Notes: generated from the sequence alone by a model not told the origin. DNA of 64,000 bases from Patescibacteria group bacterium (GCA_044868145.1 JBIOWE010000004.1:269860-333859); one strand, 5' to 3'; positions 19,163 to 28,571 are shown, numbered from the stretch's first letter. Translations and numbers: made by a program.

Positions 19163-20743
19163 ATGAATCAAACACAAGCATTAGAGCGACTTCTAGCTGC
19201 GTATCAACGAAAACCGGAGCGGTATCCGGCTGATTCGCCGCGTATTAAGGTACATGAAGTTATAAGCAAAGTGGCGTACGTGTATGAGAAGCTCCGCAAC
19301 GCGATGGAGTTTAAAGAAGAGAATTTGCTTCGACGAAACGCCATCGAGCGCATTGTGAAGCGACGCGTATTCGTGGAGAATCGTGGCCCGCAATTCGCGA
19401 AATTTTTGATTCACGAGCTGATTCGCGGCGGCTACGTGCCAAATAATCAACTCCCGGAAACAAAGATCGGCGAGGTGCAGGCTGTCCTCGATAAATACTT
19501 CGCCTTGTTTGGATTATTGCAGTTAAACCGTCTTACGAAAGAAGGCCTTGATATGTATCGATGGCTGTTTGGCGTTGCGTCTTGCGAGATTGAGGATGTG
19601 CTTGTCAGTTCGGAAAAGAACGACGCGCTCGTTGAGTTCATGTACCACAGCGTGGGCCCGTATGTTCCGTTCGAGGACGAAGGAATTTCAGAGGCAGAAG
19701 GAAAAGTGCAGCTCTATCTTGCGATCCATCGAGTCTTGATCCGTTCCGATCAGCCGATCCTCCGGTATCATTTGTTCGGCTTGCAGAACCCGACATGGTT
19801 CCAGCCGAATCCGAACATTGGAGAAACCGCGGCTCGCATGCCCCAGATTTATCGCCAGATTGAAGCAACCATCACGCACCCGCTACAAGAACGGTTATTC
19901 CGATTGATGAAAAAAGTCGTGGTCATGTTTACCGTGCTGCATCGAATTATCGAACAAAACCCGAACAACGCAGGCGCCATACTTTCTGACGACAGTAAGC
20001 TGGCAGAAAAAGTGCGAGAGACGTGTAACGCAATTTATCAAAGTACGCGTGCAAAACTTACGCGGATATCCGTGCGCGCGATTATTTATATCTTCTTGAC
20101 TAAGATGCTTCTCGGGCTTGTGATTGAATTACCGTATGATTTGTTATTCGCAGGATCGGTCGTCGCTTTGCCGCTTGTGATTAATATTGTTTTTCATCCG
20201 TTTCTTATGTTCCTCGTCGCGCTTACGATTCGTGTGCCTGGCGAGAAAAACACCGAGAAAATTATTCAGGGTATTCGCGAGATTCTTCGCCCGGACACAG
20301 AACGCCAAATTTTCGCGAAGTTTCGAAAGCCGCGGCTACGCAGTCGATTCACGACTGGAGTGTTTACGTTTCTGTATGCCATCACATTTATCGTCACCTT
20401 TGGCGCGTTGATCGCTTTACTCGCGTCTCTCAAATTCAGCCTGGTGAGCATGTTCGTCTTTCTCTTTTTCCTAACAGTAGTCAGCTTCTTTGGCTTAAAG
20501 ATCAGGCAGAACGTCAAGGAACTGGAAATTCTGGACCGACGGGACAATGTTGTCACGATCCTCGTCGACTTTTTCTCTGTTCCGATCCTCCGCGTTGGCC
20601 GGTGGCTCTCCACAAAAACCCCGAAGATTAACATCTTAATTTTCTTCCTTGACTTCATCATCGAAGCGCCCTTCAAGCTGTTTATCGAAGTTGTTGAGGG
20701 GTGGCTGTCGTTCCAGCGGGAGAAGAAGGAAGAAATTTACTAG
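19163..20743 (+). CDS. Hypothetical membrane protein with an N-terminal soluble domain and a C-terminal multi-TM region
   Basis: 526 aa. The C-terminal half has several long hydrophobic helices. No recognisable motif. Confidence 0.65.
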   Translation: MNQTQALERLLAAYQRKPERYPADSPRIKVHEVISKVAYVYEKLRNAMEFKEENLLRRNAIERIVKRRVFVENRGPQFAKFLIHELIRGGYVPNNQLPETKIGEVQAVLDKYFALFGLLQLNRLTKEGLDMYRWLFGVASCEIEDVLVSSEKNDALVEFMYHSVGPYVPFEDEGISEAEGKVQLYLAIHRVLIRSDQPILRYHLFGLQNPTWFQPNPNIGETAARMPQIYRQIEATITHPLQERLFRLMKKVVVMFTVLHRIIEQNPNNAGAILSDDSKLAEKVRETCNAIYQSTRAKLTRISVRAIIYIFLTKMLLGLVIELPYDLLFAGSVVALPLVINIVFHPFLMFLVALTIRVPGEKNTEKIIQGIREILRPDTERQIFAKFRKPRLRSRFTTGVFTFLYAITFIVTFGALIALLASLKFSLVSMFVFLFFLTVVSFFGLKIRQNVKELEILDRRDNVVTILVDFFSVPILRVGRWLSTKTPKINILIFFLDFIIEAPFKLFIEVVEGWLSFQREKKEEIY

Positions 20744-20781
20744 ATGGGTGACAGCTCAAAACCCATCGCACCCACAGCGGG

Positions 20782-20830
20782 GTGCTCTGGGGATTTTTAT
20801 GGATACACCCGCCGCACAGATAAACTGTGC
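20782..20830 (+). promoter_or_regulatory. Conserved upstream element, copy A: GTGCTCTGGG...CGCCGCACAGATAAACTGTGC
   Basis: The palindrome gcacagataaactgtgc lies upstream of the redoxin gene. The same element recurs at 21441..21485. Confidence 0.5.
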
Positions 20831-20860
20831 CTTTGGTCTTTGTTGTTGTACACTTAATCT

Positions 20861-21406
20861 ATGGTATTGACCTATTCAAAAAAACCAAACATCGGCGAAA
20901 GCGTCCATGACTTTTCATTGCCCTCAACCGACGGACGAACATATAGCCCGTCCGACTTTGTGGGCAAGAAGGGACTAGTGATCGTGTTCACGTGCAACCA
21001 TTGCCCATATGCGCAAGCGGTAAAGCCACGGATTCATAATTTATACGAGCGATTCAAAGACAAAGGAGTGCAATTCCTCGCCATTAACCCAAACGACGAA
21101 GTCCACCACCCAGAAGATAGTTTTGAGAAAATGAAAGAAGAAAAGTACGACTATCCTTTCCCCTACTTGCGCGATGAGTCGCAGGCGGTAGCCAAAGAAT
21201 ACGGCGCGGTATGCACGCCGGATATTTTCGTGTACGACAGCGAACAGAAACTTTTTTATCATGGCCGCGTGGACGATAACTGGAAAGAGCCGGAAAAAGT
21301 GACACGTCATGAATTGCAAGAGGCGCTTGAGGCGCTCATTGCTGGCAAGAATCCGCAGGCAGAGCAACACCCGTCCGTCGGGTGTTCGATAAAGTGGAAA
21401 GTGTAA
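20861..21406 (+). CDS. Thioredoxin-fold thiol-disulfide oxidoreductase / redoxin (AhpC/TSA-like)
   Basis: VIVFTCNHCPYAQ contains the CxxC motif within a redoxin-like context. Confidence 0.75.
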   Translation: MVLTYSKKPNIGESVHDFSLPSTDGRTYSPSDFVGKKGLVIVFTCNHCPYAQAVKPRIHNLYERFKDKGVQFLAINPNDEVHHPEDSFEKMKEEKYDYPFPYLRDESQAVAKEYGAVCTPDIFVYDSEQKLFYHGRVDDNWKEPEKVTRHELQEALEALIAGKNPQAEQHPSVGCSIKWKV

Positions 21407-21440
21407 ACTATTATGCAAACGCCCGCTGCACTTTAGAAAA

Positions 21441-21485
21441 GGTGCTCTGGGTTTATCATAGCGCCGCGCATAGATAAACTGTGCG
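21441..21485 (+). promoter_or_regulatory. Conserved upstream element, copy B, followed by a TATAAT -10 box before tkt
   Basis: gtgctctggg...cgccgcgcatagataaactgtgcgc, then ttgatgctgTATAATttgttcgtATG. Confidence 0.5.
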
Positions 21486-21575
21486 CTGAGATACATATAA
21501 CCCAATGCATAGCTCGCCCCGTAGTACGGGGCTTCGTCTGTGCGTTGGGTCGTTGATGCTGTATAATTTGTTCGT

Positions 21576-23426
21576 ATGCACGAAACCGAATTGAACAAAA
21601 TCGCCAAGCTTATTCGATATTACATTCTCGCCAGCTCCACACAAGCCGGTTCTGGCCACCCGACGTCTTCACTCTCCGCTGTTGAACTCATGACCGCCTT
21701 AATGTTTGGCGGCGTTTTTCGTTTTGACGTGGACCGTCCGGAGCATCCGAATAATGATCGTCTCATTTTTTCCAAAGGCCATGCGTCGCCTTTGTTTTAC
21801 AGTCTGTGGGCCGCTGCGGGAAAAGTTTCCGAGCAGGAATTGCTGACCTATCGAAAGTTCGGAAGTGTCTTCGAAGGCCATCCAACGCCCCGGTTCAAAT
21901 ACACAGAAGCGGCGACTGGTTCGCTTGGCCAAGGTTTATCCATTGGCGTTGGTATGGCGCTCAATGCGAAGTATTTGGATAAGCTGCCGTATCGTACGTA
22001 CGTTTTGCTCGGCGATAGTGAAATGGCCGAGGGCTCTATGTGGGAAGCGATCCAGCTTGCGGCGCACTACAAACTCGACAATCTCGTTGGCGTGCTCGAT
22101 GTCAACCGCCTCGGCCAGCGTGGGCAAACCATGTATGGCTTTGACCTGAAAGCGTACGAACAACGCGTCTCCGCATTCGGTTGGCAAACCGTCGTTGTCT
22201 CAAATGGTCATTCGTTCAAACCGATTCTTGACGCATATGCGAAAGCGATGAGGGTCAAGGGCAAACCGACCATGATCATTGCTAAAACCATCAAAGGTAA
22301 AGGCGTTTCGTTTTTGGAAAACAAAGACGGCTGGCATGGAAAAGCGCTGAAGCCCGATCAATACGCGAAGGCCATGAAGGAGCTCGGTGCGATTGATACA
22401 TCCGTGCGGGGAGAAATCGCCAAGCCGAAAGCCACTCGGGTAACCAGTTTATCGGTTAATCAGTTAATCAGTAAGAAGTCGACCCAGGCGCCAGTTTACA
22501 AAATTGGTGAAATGGTGGCGACGCGAAAGGCGTACGGTAATGCGTTGGCGCGATTATCTCCGAAATATCCAAATGTCATGGCACTCGACGGTGAAGTGAG
22601 CAATTCTACGTTTGCGGAAATTTTCCGTGATGTATTTCCCAAGCGCTTTTTTGAAATGTACATCGCCGAGCAAAATATGTCTGGCGCAGCGCTCGGTTTA
22701 TCTCGACGAGGCAAAATTCCGTTCGTCTCCACGTTCGCCGCGTTTTTGACTCGAGCCTTTGATCAGATTCGGATGAGCCAGTATTCGCAGGCCAATAGTA
22801 AGTTCGTTGGCTCGCACGCCGGCGTTTCCATCGGCGAGGACGGGCCTTCGCAAATGGGTTTGGAAGACTTGGCCATGTTCCGGACGATTCTCAATGGCGT
22901 CGTGCTGTATCCCTCGGACGCCGTGTCCACGGAGAAGCTTGTCGAAGCAATGATAAGGCACCTTGGCATTTGTTATTTACGCACGACGCGCATGGAAACA
23001 CCGGTGCTCTATTCTTCCAGTGAACAGTTCCCCATTGGCGGAAGCAAAGTGCTCCGTCATAGTCAGGCGGATCGTGCAACAGTCATCGCCGCCGGCGTTA
23101 CGCTTCATGAAGCGCTTGCCGCGTATGATCAATTGAAAAAAGCCGGAATTATAGTTCGCGTGATCGATTTGTACTGCATCAAGCCGCTTGATGAGCAGAC
23201 GATCTTGCAAGCTGGCCGCGACACGAAAGCGATTATTACCGTGGAAGATCACTATGCTGCCGGCGGTGTTGGCGAGGCCGTACGCATGGCGATCGGCGAT
23301 ATACCAGTTCGATTCCAGGCGCTCGCAGTTCGCAAAACGCCTCGCAGCGGCAAGCCGCAGGAATTGCTGGCGTATGAAGAAATCGATCGCAATGCGATTA
23401 TCAAAACAGTGAAAGAAATCATTTAA
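21576..23426 (+). CDS. tkt: Transketolase
   Basis: GSGHPTSSLSAVELM at the N-terminus, GDSEMAEGSMWEA, 616 aa. Confidence 0.9.
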   Translation: MHETELNKIAKLIRYYILASSTQAGSGHPTSSLSAVELMTALMFGGVFRFDVDRPEHPNNDRLIFSKGHASPLFYSLWAAAGKVSEQELLTYRKFGSVFEGHPTPRFKYTEAATGSLGQGLSIGVGMALNAKYLDKLPYRTYVLLGDSEMAEGSMWEAIQLAAHYKLDNLVGVLDVNRLGQRGQTMYGFDLKAYEQRVSAFGWQTVVVSNGHSFKPILDAYAKAMRVKGKPTMIIAKTIKGKGVSFLENKDGWHGKALKPDQYAKAMKELGAIDTSVRGEIAKPKATRVTSLSVNQLISKKSTQAPVYKIGEMVATRKAYGNALARLSPKYPNVMALDGEVSNSTFAEIFRDVFPKRFFEMYIAEQNMSGAALGLSRRGKIPFVSTFAAFLTRAFDQIRMSQYSQANSKFVGSHAGVSIGEDGPSQMGLEDLAMFRTILNGVVLYPSDAVSTEKLVEAMIRHLGICYLRTTRMETPVLYSSSEQFPIGGSKVLRHSQADRATVIAAGVTLHEALAAYDQLKKAGIIVRVIDLYCIKPLDEQTILQAGRDTKAIITVEDHYAAGGVGEAVRMAIGDIPVRFQALAVRKTPRSGKPQELLAYEEIDRNAIIKTVKEII

Positions 23427-23440
23427 GCTATTATAAAAAA

Positions 23441-23490
23441 CCGCCCGAGATCCTGAAACAAGTTCAGGATGACGTATCGGGCGGTTTTTT
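23441..23490. terminator. Bidirectional double-hairpin intrinsic terminator between tkt and the FabH-like gene
   Basis: aaaaaaccgcccgagatcctgaaacaagttcaggatgacgtatcgggcggtttttt. Outer stem ccgcccga/tcgggcgg, inner stem atcctgaa/ttcaggat. Confidence 0.7.
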
Positions 23491-23494
23491 GGGT

Positions 23495-24829
23495 TTAAAG
23501 ATCAAGAGTCCATGTGAAGAGACAGGTGGCGGCAGTGAATCCTCCGCCGAAGGCGACGGCCAGAACCTTCATGCCAGGCCGCAGAATACCTTGCTCCGCC
23601 GCTTCGATAATGCAGCCCGGGACAGAGGCGCTTGTTGTGTTGCCTTCATGCTCCATCGTGTCGAAGAACTCGCCTTTGTATCCCAGCTCCCGCAAGATTT
23701 CCTCGACCGGGCGATTGATGCTTGCCAGATTTGCCTGGTGCGCCACAAATAGTTGAAATGTATTCAAGGCGTCAGCCACTTCTTCTTTTGTTCGAATAGG
23801 TTTCCCGAGATATTGCTCCAGTGCCCTGATAATTATCGTCTTGGGTAAGCGCTCGAGAATCCGGCTGATCAGCACGTTCTGCGCATGTTTTTTGACAAGC
23901 GGGCCTTGCATGTCGAGCATATGGCCTTGATCAAACGGGTTCGTCAGCGTCTCCGCGGTTATATACTTTTTTGAACCACCGGTGGGCGTCATGATCAGAT
24001 GGGAAAGCTGGCCGTTGAGATGGGTTAAAAAACCCTTCAGCGAAAAGCAATTCTCTGCGAGCGGAACCCGCTGGAGTATCAGTGCGCGACCGCCATCGCC
24101 GAGAATCGGATAGAAGTTTCTGCTGAACGGGCTGATGGTTGTTGACATGACGTCTGCGCCGATCAGGAGGACAGTCTCGGCTTTCCCAAGGTGTATTTCT
24201 TGGTAGGCCAGTTTCCATGCGGCCATGAAGCTTGAACACGCTTCGTTGACATCCGCAAACGAAAACGGCCGAATGCCGTCGTCGTTAGAAACGGGTATGC
24301 CGAGTTGCCGCTGCAGCAAGGCAGACGGAGGAGGAGAATAGAGATGATCGGGCGTGACGGTGGCGAAATAAATTCCGTCGATGTTTTTTGGCTCGAGTTT
24401 GGCAGTTGCCATTGCTTCTTCCGCAGCGTCCCGCGCCAGATCAACCGTGCTGATACCTTCTTTATCAACAAAATACCGAAACTGCGGGCCTATGTTTTCT
24501 TTAATCCACTGGTCAGAAGTCGTGAAGCGCTGATCAACTAGCTCTGAAAAGAGCTGCACTCGTTCCTCTTCCGAGAGTTCTATTTTTTCCTTCGGGTATT
24601 CAGAGCCATTTTTCCTTTTGTATCTTGTCGTGAATTCGGTCCAAAGTTTCTGTACCCCTTCGCCGTTTGTGGACCACCAAACTCTGGCGGCATCTGTATT
24701 CCACCATTGCCACGTCTTTTCTCGATGCGTAGATAGTGTTTCAACAATTTCTTCATTATGCACTCTGCGCAAGTTTTTGTTTGCAGTGCCAACGCCAATA
24801 ATTTTGGCGCCAAAAAGTTCAGTTGACAT
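23495..24829 (-). CDS. 3-oxoacyl-ACP synthase III (FabH)-like condensing enzyme with a ~90-aa insertion
   Basis: N-terminus AKIIGVGTANKN, catalytic Cys context EACSSFMAAWKLA, GDGGRALIL, and C-terminal GFGGGFTAATCLFTW. An insertion THREKTWQWW...FRYFVDKEG lies between the N-terminus and the core. Confidence 0.7.
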   Translation of the reverse strand: MSTELFGAKIIGVGTANKNLRRVHNEEIVETLSTHREKTWQWWNTDAARVWWSTNGEGVQKLWTEFTTRYKRKNGSEYPKEKIELSEEERVQLFSELVDQRFTTSDQWIKENIGPQFRYFVDKEGISTVDLARDAAEEAMATAKLEPKNIDGIYFATVTPDHLYSPPPSALLQRQLGIPVSNDDGIRPFSFADVNEACSSFMAAWKLAYQEIHLGKAETVLLIGADVMSTTISPFSRNFYPILGDGGRALILQRVPLAENCFSLKGFLTHLNGQLSHLIMTPTGGSKKYITAETLTNPFDQGHMLDMQGPLVKKHAQNVLISRILERLPKTIIIRALEQYLGKPIRTKEEVADALNTFQLFVAHQANLASINRPVEEILRELGYKGEFFDTMEHEGNTTSASVPGCIIEAAEQGILRPGMKVLAVAFGGGFTAATCLFTWTLDL

Positions 24830-24963
24830 GATTCACTCCTTTATTTTCAAGTTGCTGTTTTTTTGTTGTTTGATTGTTGTATCTTACGCTTCAGAGAGAG
24901 GCCTGTCAATTGAAAGTATAATTTCATATACAAAAGGCGCTGTTTTGATAACGAGCGCCTTTT

Positions 24964-25452
24964 TTATTCCGTGCCAAGTACCATGACACCGACACCATAA
25001 TCTCGATCCCCATCAAAGAGGAGAATCCTTTGCCATTCACCAAGTTCGACTTCCCCATTCACCACGTTGAGTGTTTTGATTGGGCCACCAAGCATTGTGG
25101 CAATGATATGCGCATCCGCGTTCGCGCACTCATCGTCCAGATTGCATAAATTCTCCTTTCTCCTGCCGCCAATATCGTTGTGTCCATAGTCACCTTCCGG
25201 CGGTACAAGCTCGCGCATCTTCTTTTTTATGTCGTCGAGGAGCATCGGCTCGTTTTCTTGCACCAGCACTGCGCCGGTTGTATGACGGTATTGAACATTG
25301 ACGATCCCATTTCTCACGCCACTTGACTGGACGAATATTTTTATGTCGTCGGTGATATCGACGACTCTCGGATATGGGCCTTTGCTTGGAAAGTTAAAGA
25401 GCTTATACGACGTAATCACCTTGTCCTCCTTTTTTGAAAAGACTGTTTGCAA
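24964..25452 (-). CDS. YjbQ/UPF0047 family protein (secondary thiamine-phosphate synthase-like)
   Basis: HTTGAVLVQENE...GDYGHNDIGGRRKENLCNLDDECANADAHIIATMLG pattern typical of UPF0047. Confidence 0.7.
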   Translation of the reverse strand: MQTVFSKKEDKVITSYKLFNFPSKGPYPRVVDITDDIKIFVQSSGVRNGIVNVQYRHTTGAVLVQENEPMLLDDIKKKMRELVPPEGDYGHNDIGGRRKENLCNLDDECANADAHIIATMLGGPIKTLNVVNGEVELGEWQRILLFDGDRDYGVGVMVLGTE

Positions 25453-25488
25453 TGATACAAAGTAGCAATAGATTTGTCAAATCAAAAA

Positions 25489-25540
25489 CTCCCCGAGATC
25501 CTGAAACGAATTCAGGATGACAGATCGGGGAGTTTTTTGT
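25489..25540. terminator. Double-hairpin intrinsic terminator of the same family as 23441..23490
   Basis: aaaaactccccgagatcctgaaacgaattcaggatgacagatcggggagtttttt. The outer stem carries compensatory changes and the inner stem is identical. Confidence 0.7.
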
Positions 25541-25547
25541 GGTTTAA

Positions 25548-26027
25548 TTATCTGGTTACGCTGATTGCCGACGTTTCTTCTGGGTAGCAGGCGCCAACGG
25601 TTACGCGGCCCGTGCTCGCGTCCTTGGTGACGTAGTAGTCTGTTTTCCCTTGGCTACCGGTGAGCGGGTCTTGCGGAACCGCGGTGGTATACGTTGGAAC
25701 AAGAACGCTCGTCATGTTCAAGCAGCTTGCTTGCGTTGTGAGAGAGCCGGCGCAGTCAGTGACATTGCAGCCACTCGTGTTCGTGCCGACGATTCGATTA
25801 TTGCTGTCGATTCCGGCATACAGCACGCCGTTATTGTCGATGGCTTGCTGGTGGATCGCGTTGAGAAAAGCGTTCACGTCGTTCCAGCGCTGCGCATCGC
25901 GGGCTTGCGCGAACTGACGCGCCGGGTTGATGGCGATAATAACGATCGCCGCGAGAATGGCGATGATGCCGATGACGACGAGCAATTCAATTAAGGTAAA
26001 ACCTTTTTTATTAAGGATGTGCTTCAT
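25548..26027 (-). CDS. Type IV pilin (prepilin with N-terminal cleavage/methylation motif), candidate major pilin
   Basis: MKHILNKKGFTLIELLVVIGIIAILAAIVI class III signal, 159 aa. Confidence 0.8.
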   Translation of the reverse strand: MKHILNKKGFTLIELLVVIGIIAILAAIVIIAINPARQFAQARDAQRWNDVNAFLNAIHQQAIDNNGVLYAGIDSNNRIVGTNTSGCNVTDCAGSLTTQASCLNMTSVLVPTYTTAVPQDPLTGSQGKTDYYVTKDASTGRVTVGACYPEETSAISVTR

Positions 26028-26099
26028 ATAAAGGTTATTTAATGGTTTTTTTATACTAGTCCACCTCCTCCCCGTGTAAGATAGTATAGCACAGTCATA

Positions 26100-28166
26100 T
26101 TATGATGACGAGCTATCAATAGTAACGTCGATGGTCACCGTACCAGTCGCGTCGTCATACTTGGTCACCGCGAACGTCACATCGTCGAGATTAGTCAGTT
26201 GGAGTGCGCTGTTTTTTTTCTTTAATGCTTCGAGCACGTCTGCTTTTTTGAGGATTAAAAAGGAAGACTGAATGGTTGCCTTTGCAGTAAACGTCTCGCC
26301 TTCTTCGTCCACCGTCGGCGAGAACTTCCCGTCCGTCACTTCCTGCTTGAGCGGATCTACGATTGCGACCTCTTCCGCGCTTAGGCCATTGTTTACGGTG
26401 CTTAAGGCAGCCGCAGCAGCTTTTATTTTTAGAGCATCTAATGCTTCTTCGACATCCGATTGTGTAACCACGTGCACTTCTTTCAGTCCGCCCGTTGTCG
26501 GCGCAGTCGACTTTCCATAGATAACTTTTTGTGTACTCTCGGGAAGGCCGGGAATTGTAAAGTCAGAGGCCGCAACTTCATATTCTTCGCCGGGTTTATC
26601 CGCGTACATTTCCGCGTCCACATTACCCTGCGCCGGCACGACCGTAAGGTTTCGCAGGCGATAGAGAATACCGTCAGCCGTTTGCAAACGCGTCGACGCC
26701 ACAAGGGTTTGGCTTTGCGCCGTTTCGTTATAAAGCGTCACTGTCCCGGCAGCTTGTGCTTTGGTCGGGCGCGTGCCGGTTGCGGTAAACGTCCCTTCTT
26801 CTTGTTGGTCTTGCTTGCGGACCGAACCCGGCAGATCAGCTGTTGATTCAGTCTTTGTCCCAGCCGTGAGAACGACGCGTGTCGACGCTTGCGAGTTTGT
26901 GTTCGCCGAATAGACGCCGACGTAATTTACGTTTTTTTGAAACAAGTTGTCACGGAAGAACAGCAACCCGACGAGCGCGAGGAGCAGCGCTACAAAGACA
27001 ATCGTAAAAACCAGCAGTCGTTTATTTTTCTTGTTGCCTGTTTTTGCCTGTTTGATTGTTTGTTCCGGTTCCTTGGGTTTTGGTTCTTTACCCGTTTCAA
27101 CCGGTGCCAGATTTACGCCAGCCGACATGGACTTTTTTTCGAGCGCCCGAACCGCGAGGCCAATGACTGTCGCGTAGAGAATCGGCGGTTGATGCGTCAA
27201 GATGGTTTCCGCGCTCGGAATAAGTCCTAGCGGGTTTCCGCGCTCGGTTTTTAAGGAAAGTTTTTGTGCGAGGTATCTATCCATATTGGGTAAAAGGCTC
27301 GTGCCCCCGCAGAGTATGGCTCGAGAAATCAAAAATCCGGTTTTCTTTTTGTAATCGTTCAGAATTTTTTTCACTTCGCTGGCAATTGAGTCAACGGATG
27401 ATTGAATCGCTGCAAGCGCTTTTTTATCCTCGGCCGCCTCGTTCAGGCCCACGCTACGCTTCAGGCTTTCCGCTTTAATTTCATTCGTCTTGAGTTTTTT
27501 TGCTATCGTAGACGTGATGTGGTCGCCTGCGATTGGAATGTTGACGGTTTGCCGTATGCCGTTATGGTCAAAAATGCTCACAATTGTTGTACGCGCGCCA
27601 AGATCAATGAGCACGACTCCCTCAAGGAACAAGTTCGGCGCCAGTGACCGTGCGAGTGCCGCGGACTCCATGTCAAACGCGATCGGTAGAAGTCCCGCCG
27701 TGCTTAATACCCGTCGATAGCGATCAACGACGTCTTTCGCCGTTGCCGCATAAAAGATTTCTTGTTGCTCGTCATCCGCTTTGATGATTTGAAAATCAAA
27801 GTAGACCTCATCGCGTGTGAACGGGATAATTTTTTCGGCTTCGTAGGATATTGCGTCTGCGATTTTTTCCGGCGAAAGCTCTTTAGGGAATTGGAACACG
27901 TGCGTGAGGGTCCGCGATTCCGGAAGTGAAACAATGACGTGGCGACTGGTAATCGGGCTCGGCTCTGCACTTTTCATTACGTGCAGTACGTGTTCCGCAA
28001 GCTTGACTTCGTTTTTTACAATTCCGTCTTGGACAATGCCCGGCTCCAACTCTATCCGTCCGTATGCCGCGAGCTTGATTTTTCCAGCTGTTTTTTTCAA
28101 TTCGAGCGCCTCAATCGAGCTATCGGAAATATCAAGCGCAAACGCTGTTTGTTTGAAGAAAGTCAT
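26100..28166 (-). CDS. pilM: Type IV pilus assembly PilM-like actin-fold ATPase fused to a PilN-like TM segment and a long Thr/Ala-rich C-terminal domain
   Basis: N-terminal roughly 350 aa is PilM-like (FALDISDSSIEALEL..., ILCGGTSLLPNMDRYL). A TM helix LLVFTIVFVALLLALVGLLFF follows, then about 280 aa of extracytoplasmic sequence. Confidence 0.7.
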   Translation of the reverse strand: MTFFKQTAFALDISDSSIEALELKKTAGKIKLAAYGRIELEPGIVQDGIVKNEVKLAEHVLHVMKSAEPSPITSRHVIVSLPESRTLTHVFQFPKELSPEKIADAISYEAEKIIPFTRDEVYFDFQIIKADDEQQEIFYAATAKDVVDRYRRVLSTAGLLPIAFDMESAALARSLAPNLFLEGVVLIDLGARTTIVSIFDHNGIRQTVNIPIAGDHITSTIAKKLKTNEIKAESLKRSVGLNEAAEDKKALAAIQSSVDSIASEVKKILNDYKKKTGFLISRAILCGGTSLLPNMDRYLAQKLSLKTERGNPLGLIPSAETILTHQPPILYATVIGLAVRALEKKSMSAGVNLAPVETGKEPKPKEPEQTIKQAKTGNKKNKRLLVFTIVFVALLLALVGLLFFRDNLFQKNVNYVGVYSANTNSQASTRVVLTAGTKTESTADLPGSVRKQDQQEEGTFTATGTRPTKAQAAGTVTLYNETAQSQTLVASTRLQTADGILYRLRNLTVVPAQGNVDAEMYADKPGEEYEVAASDFTIPGLPESTQKVIYGKSTAPTTGGLKEVHVVTQSDVEEALDALKIKAAAAALSTVNNGLSAEEVAIVDPLKQEVTDGKFSPTVDEEGETFTAKATIQSSFLILKKADVLEALKKKNSALQLTNLDDVTFAVTKYDDATGTVTIDVTIDSSSS

Positions 28167-28178
28167 AAAAACTGTTCG

Positions 28179-28571
28179 TTAGATTTCGCGCCAAGCCGTG
28201 AGCAAGATTTGATTGCCGATTAAGCTTACGTCCGCCTGAATAGCGCGGGTGAATGTTGCAACCGAACCCTCGGCCCGTATCGTTCGTGTAGTTCCCTGAG
28301 CCGTTATTACTATCGTACACGTTCCCGAGGCGAAATTCAAACTTACGCCAGCGTAGCCCGGATCATTTTTGAGACGCATCATCGCTTCGTCGACACAGGC
28401 GTCAGCTGTGGCAAACGCCATGCCTGCTTGCTCTTGCATCAGGCCGATTTGAGACTCTGAGATGCTCAAAAGGTTGATGCTGACCCCAATGGCCAGCGTA
28501 ACCGCCACGATAATAAGCACGGTGATAAGGGCAATATATCCGCCTTGATTGTGTAGCTTCAGTTTTTTCAT
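28179..28571 (-). CDS. Pilin-like protein with a hydrophobic N-terminus (non-canonical prepilin motif)
   Basis: MKKLKLHNQGGYIALITVLIIVAVTLAIGVSINLL. Located within the pilus operon. Confidence 0.5.
   Translation of the reverse strand: MKKLKLHNQGGYIALITVLIIVAVTLAIGVSINLLSISESQIGLMQEQAGMAFATADACVDEAMMRLKNDPGYAGVSLNFASGTCTIVITAQGTTRTIRAEGSVATFTRAIQADVSLIGNQILLTAWREI

Noticed and set aside
26272-27230. Plus-strand ORFs (82-128 aa) inside the pilM-fusion gene
   Set aside because: They are antisense to a well-supported gene, and their translations are Cys/Arg-rich and low in complexity.
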